20,000 bases of DNA from an uncultured virus (IMG/VR IMGVR_UViG_3300049982_000266) (Duplodnaviria; Heunggongvirae; Uroviricota; Caudoviricetes): IMG/VR virus record IMGVR_UViG_3300049982_000266; one strand, written 5' to 3'. Positions 1 through 8,675 of this stretch are shown piece by piece; position 1 is the first letter of the stretch; each line of letters begins with the position of its first letter. A program made the position numbers and the translations under genes. The notes beneath the pieces were generated by a model. That model ran no database searches and had not been told where the DNA came from. It saw nothing but the letters and a program-made list of their open reading frames with translations.

Positions 1-1855
1 CCTCGGGCCGGTACAGGACGAAGACCTCGTCGCCGTCCACGATCTCCGGCTCGACCGGAGGGGCCAGGCTCGTGTTCGCCGGAAGCACCGGCGCCTCCTC
101 GTCCTCGGGCACGTAGACGTCGACCGGCGGCAGGGCGGCCGGGGGCGGGGGCTCGATCGCGCCGGTCGACGGGACGACGATCGGCCCGCCCTCGTGCACC
201 GGCGCCTCGTCCTCGTGCAGACCCGCCACGACGGGCGCTGCGGCCAGGGCGGGGGCCGGAGCCCCGACCGGGGCGATCGCGGGCTGAGCGACCTGCCGAG
301 GGGCCGGAGCGGGCGCGCTGTAGGACTCGGCCCGCACGGTGGTCGGGCTCTCCTGCTGCTGACGCTCGGCCTCCTCCTCGGCGGCGTTCTCGACGGCCTG
401 CTTCGTGCCGACGTACGCGCCGACGCCCGAGGTCACCGCGCCCATCGCGGCCCGCTTCGCGGAGTCGACGGCGCCCCGCGCCTTGTCGCCGAGCGCGCTG
501 GCCGCATCGCCGAACGGGTCGGGGTTGCGCACCATGCGGGTGAGCCTCCGGAACGGCCGGAGCACGGTGAACATGACGACGCTGAAGAGCGCGACGAGCA
601 TGAGCGCCAGCCACGTCGGCAGTCCGCTGGCAGGGTCGAGCAAGATCCCGATGCTGAGCACGGTGAAGGCGGCGCCGACACCGAAGGCAACGCAGTTGAC
701 GATGGCCGCGCCGACGGTGTTGCCGACGCCCCGGACCACGCCCGGCATGAGGATGCCCATGACGAGCAGCAGCGGCGCGAACATCACCGCGAGCCGGACG
801 ATGAGGAAGGCGCCGATGATGAGCAGCGCCGACACGAGCACGAACGGGGCGGCGCAGAGCATCGCGAAGAGCGAGACGAGCACGGCCCCCATCCGGCTCT
901 CCGAGCGCTTGCCGGTGAAGTAGGCGTAGGCGTCCGGATCGGACTCCTGGATCTCGGCGGCGGCCTGCTCCCAGCGCTCCTGCTTCGCCTCGATCACGGC
1001 GGCGCGTTCTTCGGCGGGCAGCGCCGCCTCGGCCCACGTGAGCGCCTGCGAGTCGAAGATCACCGGCCCGTACTGCTCGGCCGTCGCGCCGTTGCTCTTG
1101 CCGAAGGTCCCGGTGAGCCACTGCTGGTAGAGCACGGCGTCGTGCAGGCTGCCAGCGGCGGCGTCCGCCGGGTCGTCGCTGTCCTGCCCGGCGACCCCGT
1201 TGAGCCCGGCGTTGACGGCCCCGAGCGCCGTGGTGACGGTGTCGTCGGCGACGTGCCCGGCAGCCACCGGGTAGCGGAAGAGCACCGTCGCCAGCACCAT
1301 CACGAAGACGGCCCAGCCGACGGCTCCGGCGGTGCTCGCCAGGTTGCCCCGGCGCGCCTTCCAGATGAGCCCGAAGCCGAGCGCGGCCAGGGCCAGTCCG
1401 AGGAAGGACTCGAAGACGGTCTCGCGCAGCGTCGAGGTGACGTGCTCCAGCAGCCCGTCGAAGGCGCCGAGGAAGGTCGGCTCGAAGGCGACGTCGGTCA
1501 GGGCGTTCGTCAGGGCGACGCCCGCCTTCGGGATCTCCAGCAGCCAGTTCGAGATCGCGGTGCCGACGGTCGCCTCGGGGTTGCGCGCGGCGTCCGGGCC
1601 GCAGCCGAGGTCGTAGGTGGTGAAGCGCAGACCGGCGTAGCCGTACTGCTCATAGATCGACGTCGTCGGCTTCTCGGCGAACGGGTCGCCGGGCTCGGGC
1701 ACCTCGGGGTCGGAGGTGAAGTACCCGGCCAGCCCCCGGCCGGGGGTGTCCGGCGTCGGCGCATCCTTGCAGTCGAAGGGGGCGGCCGACGCCGGAGCGG
1801 CGAGCAGGACGAGAGCGGTCAGAGCGAGCCCCAGCAGGGCGAGCAGCCGCCTCAC
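1..1855 (-). CDS. VirB6/TcpH-like polytopic membrane protein of a conjugative T4SS (3' end beyond the window)
   Basis: Absent from the ORF track because it has no stop in the window. Manual translation from GTG at 1855 (GTGA overlap with the VirB4 stop) is open to position 1: signal-like N-terminus VRRLLALLGLALTALVLLAPASAA, then YGYAGLRFTTYDLGCGP, several hydrophobic segments, a soluble loop (YQQWLTGTFG), a second TM cluster and a Pro/Ala/Glu-rich tail. Lies directly after VirB4. Confidence 0.75.
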   Translation of the reverse strand, partial: MRRLLALLGLALTALVLLAAPASAAPFDCKDAPTPDTPGRGLAGYFTSDPEVPEPGDPFAEKPTTSIYEQYGYAGLRFTTYDLGCGPDAARNPEATVGTAISNWLLEIPKAGVALTNALTDVAFEPTFLGAFDGLLEHVTSTLRETVFESFLGLALAALGFGLIWKARRGNLASTAGAVGWAVFVMVLATVLFRYPVAAGHVADDTVTTALGAVNAGLNGVAGQDSDDPADAAAGSLHDAVLYQQWLTGTFGKSNGATAEQYGPVIFDSQALTWAEAALPAEERAAVIEAKQERWEQAAAEIQESDPDAYAYFTGKRSESRMGAVLVSLFAMLCAAPFVLVSALLIIGAFLIVRLAVMFAPLLLVMGILMPGVVRGVGNTVGAAIVNCVAFGVGAAFTVLSIGILLDPASGLPTWLALMLVALFSVVMFTVLRPFRRLTRMVRNPDPFGDAASALGDKARGAVDSAKRAAMGAVTSGVGAYVGTKQAVENAAEEEAERQQQESPTTVRAESYSAPAPAPRQVAQPAIAPVGAPAPALAAAPVVAGLHEDEAPVHEGGPIVVPSTGAIEPPPPAALPPVDVYVPEDEEAPVLPANTSLAPPVEPEIVDGDEVFVLYRPE

Positions 1856-4374
1856 GCGGTCAGCGCCAGGTCGGCGTCGCGGGCCGTCCAGGTGGGCGTG
1901 GCGGTGCTGTCCAGGGCGGCCAGCAGCGCCGGGTTCCACGTCAGGTCGACACGCATCTTCTCGACGTTGCCGTCCACGTCGCGCATGACGAACTCGCGCG
2001 AGCCCGAGCGGGCCGTCGAGCGGCGGTCCTGCGGGCTGAGCCCGGCCAGGGTCGCCTCGTAGCCGACGCCCTCGGGGACGCGCAGCAGCCGGAGCGCCTG
2101 GCGGGCGTGGTCCTCGTCCTGCGTGCGGCCGACGAAGGCCGTGCTGACGAAGTTCGCGACGTCGAGCCCGAGCAGGTCGCTCGCGTTCTGCGACGTCGGC
2201 ATGACGCAGGCGTTCCACTTGCGGCTGTCGCGAGCGAGCCGGGTGAACAGCGCGCGGCCCGACCCCCAGTCGCCGAGGAAGTGCGCCTCGTCGAGCCCGA
2301 CCATCTTCCGCTCGCTCATCGCGCGGCCGTAGATGGCCGTCGAGGTGAGGTAGGCGGCCAGGTGCAGCAGCGGGACGGCCAGCGCCTCGCCGGTGCTCCA
2401 GGACTCGCGAGGCACGCCGCGCGGAGGCAGCACGAGCCCCGGCATGGTGAGCACCGTGAGCACGGCGTCCGACGACCGGTCGAGCGAGTAGCCCGAGCCG
2501 TAGAAGAGCCGGGCCAGCGGCATGTCGGCCATGTCGCGCAGGTAGTTGGCGATGACCTTGCCGTGCGGGCTGTCGTGGCCGTCCAGGTTGCGGATCACGG
2601 TCTGGATCGAGCCGGTGCTGAAGCCGCCGGTGACGCGCACGGCGTCAGCGATCACGAGCCGGGTCTCCGGCATCGCGTCGACCTGCGGCGGCAGGAGCAT
2701 CCGCAGGACGTCGGTCACGAGCCCCTTGCGCTCGGCCATCGCCTCGGCCTTCGCCGTCAGCCACAGCGTCTCGTCGGCGAACGCCTCCCGGCGCGGCTCG
2801 GGCACGACGCTGTACGGGTTGAGGGTGCCGGACTCGGCGTGCAGCAGGTCGACGTGCCGCGAGACGCCCTGCAACTCCGGCAGGGTCGTGAGCCGGGCCA
2901 GCGGGCCGGACGGGTCGAGCAGCGTCGTGGTGTTGCCGCGCATCGCGTTCACATAGGCGAGCGCGCCCATGAGCACCGACTTGCCCGCGCCGAGTCCGCC
3001 GACGATCGGCGTCACGCCCGAGGTCTCGCGGACCTCCGTGGCGAAGTGCGGGTCGAACATCACGGCCCGGCGGCTCGTGCCGCAGGTGTAGCCGAGGTAG
3101 GAGCCGCGCCGGTCGCCGAGGCTAGCCGACACGGTCGGCATGGCGGCGGCGAAGGCGAGCACCGGCAGGCGGCGGCGGTGCGCGGTGCTGCTCAGCGGCT
3201 CGCCGGGGATGAACTCGCGGAGCAAGCCCTCCTGCCCCTTCGGGTGCTCGACGGCCATGCGCAGCGGCTTGTAGAGGTCGACGACCTGGCGGGCGCGGTC
3301 CAGGCACTCGTCCTCGGTCGCTCCGGACACCGCGAGGCGGTGCCAGCCGTAGGCGCGGGTCGAGATGACCTCGTGGCCCTCGGTCATCTCGTCGTCGACC
3401 TGGCGGGCGCGGGCGGTCTTGCGCCCGAGGTCGAGCGGGACGTCGATCCCGTGCTCGGCGTAGTGCTTCTCCATGTCGCGGCCGACGAGCAGGCGGCGGC
3501 CGACGGCGGCCTTCGCGTCCTCCCCGGAGAGCATGTCGACGCGGCTGCTCCACTCGACGGTGAAGGGCAGCCGGTCGGCGTGGCTCATCCACGGGTCGAA
3601 CGCCGGGTGCGGCGCCACGACCTCGTCGGTGCGGCCGATGGTCAGCACGGCGACGTAGCGGGTGACCTGCTTCCCGGCACGCTCGGCGGTGACCTTGACG
3701 CAGCGTCCGAGCGGCGCAGTCTCGTAGGTGACGCCGTCGGTGAAGGCGTGCAGGTCGCCGGGCTCCCACTCGCCGTTCTCGACGGGGCTCAGCGACGACG
3801 GCGCTGGCAGCCCGAGCGCGACGCTGCGGTGCAGCAGGAACTCGACGTCGCGGGCGGTTGCGGGCGCGCCCTCGATCCCCGGTCCGGCGACGACCTTCGC
3901 GATGCTCTTGACCTGCTCGGCGATCTTCTCGCGCTCGCTCTTCGTAGGCTTGCGGCTCAGCATCTCCAGCACGGCGGCGGTCCACGGCCGGTCGCCGATC
4001 TCGACGCCGAGCAGCACTTCCTTCTCGGCGAGCGTCGTGGTCTGGAGGTGCCGCTGCACGGCGACGAGGTGGTCGCTCCACGGGCTCCCGGCGGCCTTGC
4101 CGCCGACGGGCTCGGGGGTGTTGCGGTCCAGTCCCTCGGCCCACACGCGGACCGGGTAGGGACGGCTGGTCACGCGCCAGTGCAGCCGGTGGCCGGTGAG
4201 CCCGGCCAGGGTCGTGCCTGCGCCCATGAGCAGGGCGGTGCGCTGCTTCTCGGAGCGGAACGCCCAGTGCTGCGGCGGCAGGACGAACCACGCGACGACG
4301 CGGTCACGGGTGATCGTGAGGTTGCCTGCGATCTCGCGCAGGGCGAGCGGACTCTTCGTGGTCTCGGTCTTCAA
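1852..4374 (-). CDS. virB4: VirB4-like conjugative ATPase (TcpF/ConE, AAA_10 type), about 840 aa
   Basis: Walker A GGLGAGKS, LLDPSG motif, Walker B VGLDEAH, RDSRKWN and SQN motifs, C-terminal FVMRDVDGNV. Likely start is TTG at 4374 (TTGA overlap, CAGGAG RBS), not the ORF-track start at 4548. Confidence 0.9.
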   Translation of the reverse strand: MKTETTKSPLALREIAGNLTITRDRVVAWFVLPPQHWAFRSEKQRTALLMGAGTTLAGLTGHRLHWRVTSRPYPVRVWAEGLDRNTPEPVGGKAAGSPWSDHLVAVQRHLQTTTLAEKEVLLGVEIGDRPWTAAVLEMLSRKPTKSEREKIAEQVKSIAKVVAGPGIEGAPATARDVEFLLHRSVALGLPAPSSLSPVENGEWEPGDLHAFTDGVTYETAPLGRCVKVTAERAGKQVTRYVAVLTIGRTDEVVAPHPAFDPWMSHADRLPFTVEWSSRVDMLSGEDAKAAVGRRLLVGRDMEKHYAEHGIDVPLDLGRKTARARQVDDEMTEGHEVISTRAYGWHRLAVSGATEDECLDRARQVVDLYKPLRMAVEHPKGQEGLLREFIPGEPLSSTAHRRRLPVLAFAAAMPTVSASLGDRRGSYLGYTCGTSRRAVMFDPHFATEVRETSGVTPIVGGLGAGKSVLMGALAYVNAMRGNTTTLLDPSGPLARLTTLPELQGVSRHVDLLHAESGTLNPYSVVPEPRREAFADETLWLTAKAEAMAERKGLVTDVLRMLLPPQVDAMPETRLVIADAVRVTGGFSTGSIQTVIRNLDGHDSPHGKVIANYLRDMADMPLARLFYGSGYSLDRSSDAVLTVLTMPGLVLPPRGVPRESWSTGEALAVPLLHLAAYLTSTAIYGRAMSERKMVGLDEAHFLGDWGSGRALFTRLARDSRKWNACVMPTSQNASDLLGLDVANFVSTAFVGRTQDEDHARQALRLLRVPEGVGYEATLAGLSPQDRRSTARSGSREFVMRDVDGNVEKMRVDLTWNPALLAALDSTATPTWTARDADLALTA

Positions 4375-4724
4375 GGGGTCTCCTGGATGCGCACGCGGCT
4401 GGTGGTGACGCGGTGCGCAGTCGGCTTCGCGGGGCGGCTGGCGCGGACCTCGGCGCGCACGGTCTGGAGCAGGCTCCGGACGGTGCGGTCGCTGTCGACG
4501 TAGCCCATGACGGCGTAGGTGACGAGGGTCGCGATGACGGCCTCCCACACCGGGACTCCGACGCCGAGCACGGGCACGATCGCCTTGACGGCCAGGATGC
4601 CGAGGAAAACGGCGATCCAGACCCCGTAGGCGACGTAGCGCGCGTGCCAGGGCAGCGGGGCTCCGGCGGGCCCGAGCCAGATGGCCCGGATGCGGAAGAC
4701 GTCGTCGTCGGTACGAAGCCTCAC
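4371..4724 (-). CDS. VirB3/TcpE/PrgI-like two-TM protein, 117 aa
   Basis: GTG at 4724 overlaps the upstream stop. Two hydrophobic segments (YVAYGVWIAVFLGILAV, VPVWEAVIATLVTYAVMG). Immediately precedes VirB4. Call rests on size, topology and position. Confidence 0.65.
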   Translation of the reverse strand: MRLRTDDDVFRIRAIWLGPAGAPLPWHARYVAYGVWIAVFLGILAVKAIVPVLGVGVPVWEAVIATLVTYAVMGYVDSDRTVRSLLQTVRAEVRASRPAKPTAHRVTTSRVRIQETP

Positions 4725-4969
4725 TGGATGATGATGCCGGTCAACTCGTCGGCGAACGAGTAGAGGATCGGCCCGGCGGCGATGACGACGAGCCCGATGA
4801 GCACGAGCGTCATGGTCGAGGCGGCGTCGGACACGCGGCCCTTGCGGCTGCTCGCGATGATGCCGATGCCGATGACGAGGCACAGGATCGGGACGATGAG
4901 GCGGACGCCCGCCTCGACGATCCCGTCGGTGTTCAGCGTCGCGGCGAGGGTGATGCTCTCGTGGATCAC
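4721..4969 (-). CDS. Small two-TM VirB2/TcpD-like pilin-type protein, 82 aa
   Basis: GTG at 4969 with upstream CAGGAAGCAGGA. Two TM helices (LIVPILCLVIGIGIIAS, MTLVLIGLVVIAAGPIL) flank a short basic loop. First gene of the T4SS cluster. Confidence 0.6.
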   Translation of the reverse strand: MIHESITLAATLNTDGIVEAGVRLIVPILCLVIGIGIIASSRKGRVSDAASTMTLVLIGLVVIAAGPILYSFADELTGIIIQ

Positions 4970-4974
4970 GGGTC

Positions 4975-5036
4975 CTGCTTCCTGTAGTGGGAACGCCCGG
5001 CTCGCTCGGCCGGGTCGTGGATCTACGCTAACACAG
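4975..5036 (-). promoter_or_regulatory. Putative promoter and structured leader of the conjugation operon
   Basis: Extended -10 TGT-TAGCGT (hexamer 5025-5030), hairpin CCCGGC-CGAGCGA-GCCGGG (4996-5014), then CCCACTACAGGAAGCAGG before the GTG. Confidence 0.55.
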
Positions 5037-5058
5037 CGCACAGTGCGCTGCGCAGTTC

Positions 5059-5613
5059 TCAGACCGGCGCGTCGCAGGGGATCGAGCGGCCGTCATTCGT
5101 GAGCAGCCGCCAGCCCCAGTGCGTACGCACCGGCACGGCGGTCGCGTCCACCGTGGGGCCGTTGCGCCGGATGACGAAGCCGTCGCGCTCAGCGGCCTCG
5201 CGGTCGTCGTCGAGCGCCTTGTGGCATCCGCTCGCGTTGCCCATGCCGCAGACGAGCACGAGCCACGCCGGGCCGTTCGTGCGGTCTGCCTCGGCCTTGC
5301 TCCGGCCGCCCATGCCCCGGCCCTCGCGGTGCTGGAGGTTCGTGCCCGGCCAGCCGCAGCGCTGGCACAGACCCATGTCGCGCAGCCACACGAGGTTGCG
5401 CGTCGCGGTCGAGGGGCCGGTGTCCCGGAGTGCCTGCTGCCGGGGCTGTGCGGCCCGCTGCGGCGCTGCTGCGCGGGCCGGGGGCGCCGACCGCCGGACC
5501 GGCTCCTGGCGGGCCTGGAGCGGCTTGCCGCGCTCCAGGGGCTTCGTCGTCTTCAGCGGCTTGTCGCCCTGCGCCAGCGGCGTCTTCCGGGCAGGCGGTC
5601 CGGAGCGCTTCAC
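5059..5613 (-). CDS. Phage HNH-type nuclease with basic N-terminus
   Basis: RDMGLCQRCG...LQHREGRGMGG...N...LVLVCGMGNASGCH resembles the actinophage HNH/zinc-binding pattern. GTGA overlap with the upstream gene. Confidence 0.65.
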   Translation of the reverse strand: MKRSGPPARKTPLAQGDKPLKTTKPLERGKPLQARQEPVRRSAPPARAAAPQRAAQPRQQALRDTGPSTATRNLVWLRDMGLCQRCGWPGTNLQHREGRGMGGRSKAEADRTNGPAWLVLVCGMGNASGCHKALDDDREAAERDGFVIRRNGPTVDATAVPVRTHWGWRLLTNDGRSIPCDAPV

Positions 5614-6023
5614 CGGCGCGGCTTGTCGACCTGCGGCCGAGCCGGAGGCACACGCGGCAGCGCCTTCGCCGTGCCCGCCACGAGCGCGGCGACGTTGCGC
5701 GGGGTCCGCCCCTCGGCGACCTTCATGCGGCCCTCGCGCAGTGCCCGCCGGTAGGCGGCCTCGTCGTCGGGGTCAGCGTCCGGGATCGCCTCGGGCGAGG
5801 CGTCGAGCCGGTCGCGTCGCATCCGCTTCACCTCGGCGATGATCTCGGCGGGAGCGACGAAGGGCGCACGCTTCGCGACGGCGACGACGGCCTGGCGCGC
5901 GTCGTCGAAGGTCACGTCCTCCAGCACGAGCGTCCAGGCGTCGGGGGTGAACTCGTCGATCTTCTGCGCGGGCATGATCTGCGACACGAGCGCGAGCAGG
6001 GCGGTGGTCTCGGAGAGGTTCAC
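5610..6023 (-). CDS. Phage replication accessory protein (G39P-like helicase loader/inhibitor), 137 aa
   Basis: Likely GTG start at 6023, 1 nt after the initiator stop. Pattern LLALVS...DAWTLVLEDVTFDDARQAV...PFVAPAEII is typical of the gene that follows phage initiators. Confidence 0.6.
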   Translation of the reverse strand: MNLSETTALLALVSQIMPAQKIDEFTPDAWTLVLEDVTFDDARQAVVAVAKRAPFVAPAEIIAEVKRMRRDRLDASPEAIPDADPDDEAAYRRALREGRMKVAEGRTPRNVAALVAGTAKALPRVPPARPQVDKPRR

Positions 6024-6024
6024 G

Positions 6025-6930
6025 TCAGCCCTCCAGGGCGGGGGTCGTCGGGACGGGCTCCCACGGCGCCCGGCGACCGCCAGTGGCAGCGGCGTCCATC
6101 GCGCGCTCCAGGACCCCGTGAGTCTGTGCCATGCCCTGCGCGCCGCGCTGCTGGCGGTCGGCGCGGTTCTGCACGTCACGCCGGACCCAGTTCCGCCAGG
6201 TCGCGGCCCAGTCGACCTTCACGCCGCGCTGGCCAGGCGCGGAGCGCCAGTGGTCGCAGAAGACCTCGTGGATCTTCGCGGCGTCCTCGGCGGTGAGCCC
6301 CTGCGCCAGCGTCCAGGCGACGAGGTCGGGCTCCAGGACGAAGGGCTCCGGGAGGCGGGTGCCCTTGCGCTTCGGCGTCGGCGCAGGCTCGGCTTCGAGC
6401 GAGGGGGTCCCCTGCGAAGCAGGGGGGGTGTCTTCTGCGTAGTGCTTCTGAGGAGTGACTACAGCGGCAGGGTCCCCGACCGTCGGCTCCCCGACTGCCG
6501 GGTCCCCGACCGACGGGAAGCCGTCACCCTGCACCCGCCGCCTATCCGGGCGGTCCTCGACGGCCTGCGCCCCCTTCAGCCGGGCTGCCTCGGCCGCCCA
6601 CTCGGCGACAGGCTCGACCGAGATCTCGACGTCGGTGAACCACCGGGGGCCGCGCTCCGTGCGCACGCTGTAGCGCACCCGGCGGTAGTAGCCGTGCGCG
6701 ATCAACTCCTGGATGCCGGAGCGGATCGCCTCGCGGCCTTCCTTGCCGCCGCGCTCGACGGCCTCGGCGCGGACCTTCCAGCCGTCCGGCTTCGCCAGCA
6801 GCGAGCACAGGATGCCGCGCGCCTTGTAGGACAGCCGCTCGTCTTCGAGCAGCGCGTTCGGGATCGCCTCGTAGCCCGAACGCGGACGGCGCTTCCGCAG
6901 CCGCGAGCCCTCGTCGGCGGGGGAGGTCAT
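6025..6930 (-). CDS. Phage replication initiator / replisome organiser (N-terminal winged HTH)
   Basis: IPNALLEDERLSYKARGILCSLLAKPDGW...GREAIRSGIQELIAHGY HTH region, central repeat linker, C-terminal GTRLP...FCDHW...KVDWAATWRNWVRR domain. Confidence 0.8.
   Translation of the reverse strand: MTSPADEGSRLRKRRPRSGYEAIPNALLEDERLSYKARGILCSLLAKPDGWKVRAEAVERGGKEGREAIRSGIQELIAHGYYRRVRYSVRTERGPRWFTDVEISVEPVAEWAAEAARLKGAQAVEDRPDRRRVQGDGFPSVGDPAVGEPTVGDPAAVVTPQKHYAEDTPPASQGTPSLEAEPAPTPKRKGTRLPEPFVLEPDLVAWTLAQGLTAEDAAKIHEVFCDHWRSAPGQRGVKVDWAATWRNWVRRDVQNRADRQQRGAQGMAQTHGVLERAMDAAATGGRRAPWEPVPTTPALEG
6470..6510. repeat. Three iteron-like direct repeats GG(G/C)TCCCCGAC with 15-bp period
   Basis: Copies at 6470-6480, 6485-6495 and 6500-6510, inside the initiator gene. 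Confidence 0.7.
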
Positions 6931-7265
6931 CGGTCGCCCTTCCGCGCGTTGCAGGACTCGCGCGCGAGCACGCAGTTCGCGAGCACGTCCGGTCCGCCCT
7001 TCGAGGTCGGGACCACGTGGTCGACGGTGACGGTGCGGTAGATCAACCGGACGCCGCAGTAGCGGCAGTCCCAGCCGTCACGCGCGACGACGTGCGTGGC
7101 CCGGCGCATCGCCAGGGACAGGCAGCCGGGGCCGGTCCACACGGTGCTCGGGCGGCTCCGCTTCCAGCGGAGGTCGGGGTCAGCCTGGAGGGCTGCCACG
7201 AGTTCGAGGAGACGGATCTCCCTCGTGTCGCACGCTGCTGCGCGCTCGATCGTCTGTACGCTCAC
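6927..7265 (-). CDS. HNH endonuclease (McrA-like), about 112 aa
   Basis: RDGWDCRYCG...TVDHVVPTSKGG...NCVLARESCNARKG. Likely GTG start at 7265 with GGAGAG RBS; the ORF track starts at 7328. Confidence 0.85.
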   Translation of the reverse strand: MSVQTIERAAACDTREIRLLELVAALQADPDLRWKRSRPSTVWTGPGCLSLAMRRATHVVARDGWDCRYCGVRLIYRTVTVDHVVPTSKGGPDVLANCVLARESCNARKGDR

Positions 7266-7364
7266 GCTGAAGTGCTCTCCGTTCGGTGCTGCGGACGGGT
7301 GGTGCGAGGCGGCGGCTCGGGATCCCACTCCCGGCCGCCGTCGGCCTTGCTCGGGTCGGTGACG

Positions 7365-7757
7365 TTAGCCCACGTCGAGGGTCAGACCGGCCAGCCACTC
7401 GCGCATCGGCGCGTCGGGCAGGAACCACTCGCCGACGACGTGCCGGTCGGCGAAGCCCTCGTGCAGCGCGTGCTCGCTGTCGCCGGGGATGAGCCCGACG
7501 AGCAGGATCGGCTCGCGGCAGTCCATGTCGGCAGGCGTGATGATGTAGCACTGCCGGTTGATCGCCCGCAGTTCCTTCAGCCGGGTCAGCGGGTGCTTCG
7601 AGAGCCCGATCTTGACCCAGCCCTGGCGCTGCATGACGTAGGTCTGTGCGTCAGGGTGCTGGCCGAAGGCGGTGCTCTTCGCCCCGCCGCAGACGCGGCA
7701 GCGCTTCAGGCGCCACGCCGACGCGGGCGGCTCGAAGAGCGTCAGCGGCTCGCTCAC
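7365..7757 (-). CDS. GIY-YIG family protein (T5orf172/Mug113-like), 130 aa
   Basis: TYVMQRQGWVKIGLSKHPLTRLKEL...EHALHEGF...VGEWF. GTGA overlap start at 7757. N-terminal CRVC. Confidence 0.8.
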   Translation of the reverse strand: MSEPLTLFEPPASAWRLKRCRVCGGAKSTAFGQHPDAQTYVMQRQGWVKIGLSKHPLTRLKELRAINRQCYIITPADMDCREPILLVGLIPGDSEHALHEGFADRHVVGEWFLPDAPMREWLAGLTLDVG

Positions 7758-8176
7758 CGCTCGCGGTGCCAGCGCAGGAGGAAGTCGCGCGCGCCGTCGA
7801 TCACGGCGACGTTCTCCGGCGTCGGCAGGCTGACCCGCTGGCGGGCCTGCGCGTGCGCGAAGGTCACGTTGCCGTCGGACTCCAGCAGCATCCGCCAGCG
7901 CTCGCCGCTGAAGCGCGGGTGCGCGCTCGCCTCGGCCAGCCACTTCGCGGTCTGCTCGGCGTCGCTGAGCGCCTGCACGTCCGACGCTTCGGCGTCTACG
8001 TCGAGCACCCCGCTGGCGGCGTCCAGCGGGCTCACACCGGCCCGCAGAAGCGGCCGGAGGTAGTCGGCGACCGCGCGCACCCTGGCGGGCGCGTACGGCC
8101 ACTTCTGCTCGTCGGCGGGCAGCGGCTCGGGCTGTGGCCCGGCGGGCAGGTCGGGGAAGAGCGGGACGTCGGTCAC
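7754..8176 (-). CDS. Hypothetical phage protein, 140 aa
   Basis: GTGA overlaps at both ends; typical high-GC codon pattern (VTDVPLFPDL...RWHRER). Confidence 0.65.
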   Translation of the reverse strand: MTDVPLFPDLPAGPQPEPLPADEQKWPYAPARVRAVADYLRPLLRAGVSPLDAASGVLDVDAEASDVQALSDAEQTAKWLAEASAHPRFSGERWRMLLESDGNVTFAHAQARQRVSLPTPENVAVIDGARDFLLRWHRER

Positions 8177-8391
8177 GATCCGTCCAGGGGGACGAACTCG
8201 GCGACGATGACCGTCGTCGTGAGGCGGTGCTCCAACAGAGGGTGCCACTTCGAGGCGGGCTCCTCGGCGGCGAAAGATCGCGCCTTCGCCTCGTCGGTGA
8301 AGCGCTTGCGGCGCTGCTCGACGTCCGGCGGGAACCACGCGACCACCCACTCCTCGACGGTGGTCGAGCCCTCGTCCGGCAGGGCCGTCAC
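8173..8391 (-). CDS. Hypothetical phage protein, 72 aa
   Basis: GTGA overlaps at both ends (VTALPDEG...FVPLDGS). Confidence 0.6.
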   Translation of the reverse strand: MTALPDEGSTTVEEWVVAWFPPDVEQRRKRFTDEAKARSFAAEEPASKWHPLLEHRLTTTVIVAEFVPLDGS

Positions 8392-8675
8392 GGCTCGACC
8401 ATCTCGTCCTCGGGGGCGCGGACCGGGAGCCCGCGCTGGAGGGCGACGGCGACCCGCTCGGCGCGACCGAGCCCGCCCCACACGCCCTCGGGTTCGTCGT
8501 TCGCCAGGGCGTACTCCAGGCAGGCGTCCCGGATCGGGCAGGGGGCGCCGTCGTCGGGGCCGTTGCACACGCGCTTCGCGCGCATGATGACCTGCTTCCC
8601 GCCCTGCTCGGGGTAGAAGATCTCGGGGTCGGTGGAGGCGCAGACGGCGCTTCCCCAGTCGGGCGTGTCGATCAT
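8388..8675 (-). CDS. whiB: WhiB family Fe-S transcriptional regulator, 95 aa
   Basis: W...C.STDPEIFYP...AKRVC...CPIRDACLEYAL...GVWGG...ER: four Cys plus the GVWGG turn. ATGA overlap start at 8675, within ORF 8388..9716. Confidence 0.95.
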   Translation of the reverse strand: MIDTPDWGSAVCASTDPEIFYPEQGGKQVIMRAKRVCNGPDDGAPCPIRDACLEYALANDEPEGVWGGLGRAERVAVALQRGLPVRAPEDEMVEP

